The notes beneath the pieces are model-generated. The model saw only the letters and a list, made by a program, of their open reading frames with translations, was not told the origin of the DNA and did not search any database. A program made the translations under genes and the position numbers. Positions 60,595-64,000 of a stretch of 64,000 bases of DNA are shown in pieces. Each line of letters opens with the position of its first letter. Position 1 is the stretch's first letter. The DNA comes from Gammaproteobacteria bacterium (GTDB lineage: Bacteria > Pseudomonadota > Gammaproteobacteria > Eutrophobiales > Eutrophobiaceae). The stretch is taken from NCBI GenBank assembly GCA_963422205.2, contig CAXMWX010000001.1:320001-384000 (forward strand), in the 5' to 3' direction.

Positions 60595-61692
60595 TCAAAT
60601 GGTTTCGGCATTCTCAATCGCCTTCACGAACCGGGCTGCCATATCGGCTGCATTGAAACTTTGCTCTGTTGTTGCAATGGCCGCTGGGGACATGCGCTGC
60701 AAATCGGCCTTGCCGTTAAGCAGCAAAGATATCACGTGCGCCAGATCGCCCACATCGCCTTTGCGGAACGTCAGGCCGTTTTGCCCCGGCTGCAATGCGG
60801 CGATTTCCGGCCCATGTCTCCAGCGGTCGTCATGCACAATGGCGGGCAGGCCGTAGGCAAAACCATGGATGAGTGACAAGCCGACACTGCCGGGATAGAC
60901 GAAGAGCTTGCAACGATTGGCGACCTCGGCAATGTGCGGCTCATCGATCATGGCGCCGTGCCAGATGATGCGCTCGGAGATATCAAGCGCAACAGCCTGC
61001 CGCTGGAGGTTGGATGCGCCGGGACCATCGCCGATGACATCCAGGGTAACGGCAGCACCTTCGCATCGCACCAAGGCTTCAAGCAACAAGCCGAACTCGG
61101 CCTTTTTCGTTAGTCGCCCGATGAACAGGATATCCCGGGGTCGCATGGTTAGTGAATAAGCCGTCCGCAGTCTCCTGATCTCGACTGTTTCGATTCCGTT
61201 GTTGAGTGCATAAACATATCTTTCGCACTGGCGTTTCTGATGGGATCGGTATTCGCTTATCTCAAGGTCGGTATAGAAGATGGTCGCATCGGCAAGGCGC
61301 ATCAGCAACAGGCGCAGCGCCGCCCGCCAGGGTTTGCTGGTCGATGACCAGTAATGGCCCCACCAGAATGTCCGCACGCCCTTGCATTTTGCCTTGATGA
61401 GCAGCACCAGGGTGGAGAGACATCGAGGAGCGCCGCAAACGATGAGCACATCGCCTTTCGAGACTGGCACCGACAGGGCACCTGACTGCCACTGTAGTCC
61501 AGGTAAAAGCGGAAGCATGACGCCCAGCTGATGACACCATGCGAACTTGCTCTGCTCAACTTCCAGCTCTCCCAGGTCTTCAGAACTTGACGCATAAACG
61601 GCAAATCCCGGCCCCAGCCGCTCCGCCATACGTGAGAACAGCGCATATCTGTAGACCGGTAAAGCGGGTTGGACGATTATCACTCTTGGCAT
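60595..61692 (-). CDS. Glycosyltransferase family 4 (GT-B)
   Basis: LFIGRL..K, IGDGP, PG.VGLS..H...YGLP. Confidence 0.88.
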   Translation of the reverse strand: MPRVIIVQPALPVYRYALFSRMAERLGPGFAVYASSSEDLGELEVEQSKFAWCHQLGVMLPLLPGLQWQSGALSVPVSKGDVLIVCGAPRCLSTLVLLIKAKCKGVRTFWWGHYWSSTSKPWRAALRLLLMRLADATIFYTDLEISEYRSHQKRQCERYVYALNNGIETVEIRRLRTAYSLTMRPRDILFIGRLTKKAEFGLLLEALVRCEGAAVTLDVIGDGPGASNLQRQAVALDISERIIWHGAMIDEPHIAEVANRCKLFVYPGSVGLSLIHGFAYGLPAIVHDDRWRHGPEIAALQPGQNGLTFRKGDVGDLAHVISLLLNGKADLQRMSPAAIATTEQSFNAADMAARFVKAIENAETI

Positions 61693-61749
61693 GCTCAATA
61701 TCGCTCCTGATTGCTTGCCGTCTGGTTTTAGAGTCAGTACGTTGTCTTT

Positions 61750-62206
61750 AACTGATGCGATGGTCTCTGTCCGGGGATGAGGATGTAAGTGGAGTTCCAT
61801 TTGCTTCTGTGCAGCAAAAAATACCTATGTACCACGTATGTGCGGGGGACTGTCGATATCACCTATACCCACACGACTATGGGGGATGTTAAGGTTCTGC
61901 ATCGTTGTGCGCTTTGCGTAATGAAGCCATGTGATCTACAGCCCGTGGAGCAGGATCATACGACTATACACTGTACGCATATTTTTCAGCTAATATCGCA
62001 TCAAAAGAGACGTCTTCACCACATTCGATGCAGTAACAGATGGCATCTGGGGGTAACAATCGGGAAGGAATTATCCAGCCACCGTAGCGTGTACCCAATG
62101 ACAAAAGCCTGCCCGGGCGGAGCCGCACGATCGCTATCTTTGTGTGCAAGCAACACCGTGCAAAAATGGCAACCCTGCCGTACAGCTGCTTGAGTAATCT
62201 GAACAT
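61750..62206 (-). pseudogene. FkbM-family methyltransferase remnant
   Basis: LGTRYGGW, ICYC..CGEDVSFD, then an in-frame stop followed by SYDP.PRA; rest degraded, 3' end approximate. Confidence 0.6.
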
Positions 62207-62241
62207 AAATAATCTCACTCCCTCACAATTTAGACTGCACA

Positions 62242-63564
62242 TCACCTAAGGTGGGTCAAAGACCGGCTTGAGTCGATCTGGATGCCACGGGGTCTGTCTT
62301 TTGCGTATTGTAGCAAACTTGCCGGCTTGATATCGCGCTGCTGCCCCTGCCAGATGGCGATGACCAGGAACGAGGTGATCCAGAATCCGTTGCTGCCCCA
62401 TATAGCACCGCTCGCCGCTGCGCCGATGGCATCTCGGAAGAACAACAGCGCAATCAATGTCCAGACCCAGTTGGTGCTGTTCAGGCGCAGGATGGCAAAT
62501 GCGGCGTATGATGCAAAGGCAAGATGCAGCACAAACGGTATGGCGCCGATGAGGCCGACGGCCATCAGGGATTCAAGATAGATATTGTGCGGATATTCGG
62601 TATATGTCGTCCCGATGCCGATATAACGTCCAAAAAACGGATCGGCCAGGAATTGTTCAAATCCAGTGCGCCAGTAAAAGACCCGTTCACTGGTCGACTG
62701 GTCATTGACCGGATCGATGCGCTGTAGTGCCTGTAACGCCATTTCAAAATATTCCCGATCAACAACAACGGCGGTCAGCACCACCAATAGGCCCATCGCA
62801 AACAGCATCGCCAGCCTGCCCCATCCACGAAGCGCGGCGATGTAGATGAACAGGCAGGCAAAACAGCTCAACAGCATGCCGCGCGACTGCGCCTGCGCGG
62901 CGATTATGACCAGGAAGGGTACGAACACCATCGCCTCAATGGCAGCCCGCCAACTCCTCTGTGCAATGAGCAGGTAGTAGAACATGAACGAAGAGCACGT
63001 ATAGGCCAGGCTGATCGGGTTGACTTTGATGAATCCGAGGCGCCCCGTTCCGCTGATAATATTGAAAGGAGAATCGATAGTGAGAAACGCGAAGACGGTG
63101 AAAAGAATGGCAAGGCAGGAGAGCGTGATCCTTGCATCGCGCATCGATAACCCGCGCCATACGCACGAGAGCATCAGCAAGGTCATGATCGAGCTGAAGA
63201 TGAATATGGTAAATGCCTTCCTGGTATCTGGGTAGATTTCCAAGTCATGCAGCCAGACGTTCTCGGTCATCCTCAAGAGATAGATCAGCAGAAACAGGAG
63301 CCCGGGAAGTGTGCGTGCTGGCAGGAGAGTTCGGTAACGCCAGCCGGCCAGGAAGGCGGCCCCGGTAACAAGCAGGGCGATGGCCCGGATGGCGATGCCC
63401 GCCTCGCTTCCTTGCACCTCCATATAACTTACATACATGGCAGCTGTGTAGTATCCGATGCTGGGAAAGCTAAGGGCCAATGCCATTGTCGGGCTGATCG
63501 GCAATCTCCAAACGGAAAATACGCGTTTTGGTAATGTTATTCGTCGGGTTTTTCTTTTGTCCAT
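62242..63564 (-). CDS. O-antigen ligase/Wzy-family membrane protein
   Basis: Multi-TM; NPI, SRG, R...W..G...F...PFFG, YPHNIYLE..M..G.IG. Confidence 0.82.
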   Translation of the reverse strand: MDKRKTRRITLPKRVFSVWRLPISPTMALALSFPSIGYYTAAMYVSYMEVQGSEAGIAIRAIALLVTGAAFLAGWRYRTLLPARTLPGLLFLLIYLLRMTENVWLHDLEIYPDTRKAFTIFIFSSIMTLLMLSCVWRGLSMRDARITLSCLAILFTVFAFLTIDSPFNIISGTGRLGFIKVNPISLAYTCSSFMFYYLLIAQRSWRAAIEAMVFVPFLVIIAAQAQSRGMLLSCFACLFIYIAALRGWGRLAMLFAMGLLVVLTAVVVDREYFEMALQALQRIDPVNDQSTSERVFYWRTGFEQFLADPFFGRYIGIGTTYTEYPHNIYLESLMAVGLIGAIPFVLHLAFASYAAFAILRLNSTNWVWTLIALLFFRDAIGAAASGAIWGSNGFWITSFLVIAIWQGQQRDIKPASLLQYAKDRPRGIQIDSSRSLTHLR

Positions 63565-64000
63565 GATTGCACGCACAATTTATTTAAGCGCTCCCCCTGA
63601 TTGACATCAGGTAATGCCCGCTGCCGAAGTCCGCCGGTTCGCCAGCACCAAGTTGATTTGTCTGTTCCCGGACGGACTGCACAATAGCTTGCAGCAGCTA
63701 AGCTTGTGATCTTATCCCGCCCCTTCCGTGTTTTCAAAGACTGTTTTTTTTATCTGCCGCCGCCGCGCTCCATTGATGCTGGCAGCCCACCGATGAGACC
63801 GGGCAGGGCAGGGCATCGCTTGACTGTAGATCGGCGCATTTGCAACATCGGCCTGGTTTTCGCCGCCAGTACGCTGGCCGATCATGTAAGACGAACGTAA
63901 CACATCCAGGTGTAGGTACCGGCCTCACGGTAGAAAATCTTGCGCCGACCGGCAATGTGGGGGGTCAATAAAGAGCGGTGCCTTGGTCGGATAATTCACA

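Noticed and set aside
63580-64000. Short ORFs at the right edge
   Set aside because: No recognisable motifs; likely a degraded gene or sequence cut by the window edge.

Overview
About 64 kb of chromosome from a GC-rich bacterium, most likely a gammaproteobacterium (lysC-csrA-tRNA-Ser order; gltX with tRNA-Ala(GGC)/tRNA-Glu). Left to right: (1) DAACS symporter, tRNA-Ser, csrA, lysC; (2) small coiled-coil genes, a serine hydrolase and a dead IS481-family element that carries seven short palindromic insertions, five of which can be cut out by eye to restore the transposase frame; (3) a KamA/EpmB radical SAM gene, a hydrolase, metY and xdhC; (4) a ~15 kb sphingolipid cluster resembling the Caulobacter ceramide/ceramide-phosphoglycerate locus (Spt, ACP, CerR-like reductase, acyl-AMP ligase, HIT, bCerS-like GNAT, two NTP transferases, LptF/G paralogues, CDP-alcohol phosphotransferase, lipid kinase, Tam41-like protein, beta-hydroxylase), directly abutting cofD/cofE (F420); (5) a 3-hydroxyacyl-CoA dehydrogenase and gltX; (6) a ~13.5 kb Tad/Flp pilus locus between gltX and its usual tRNA neighbours, with a G11 tract in the putative pilin promoter and a CpaB bearing a ~340-aa repeat tail; (7) a mutS fragment, an IS end and two tRNAs; (8) a mosaic surface-glycan locus (ugd, wzz, PglK-like ABC flippase, glycosyltransferases, sulfotransferase, two O-antigen ligase/polymerase-like genes). 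Single-base homopolymer frameshifts cluster at 3.6-14 kb and may be read errors. All family assignments come from motif recognition by eye; no database search was run.
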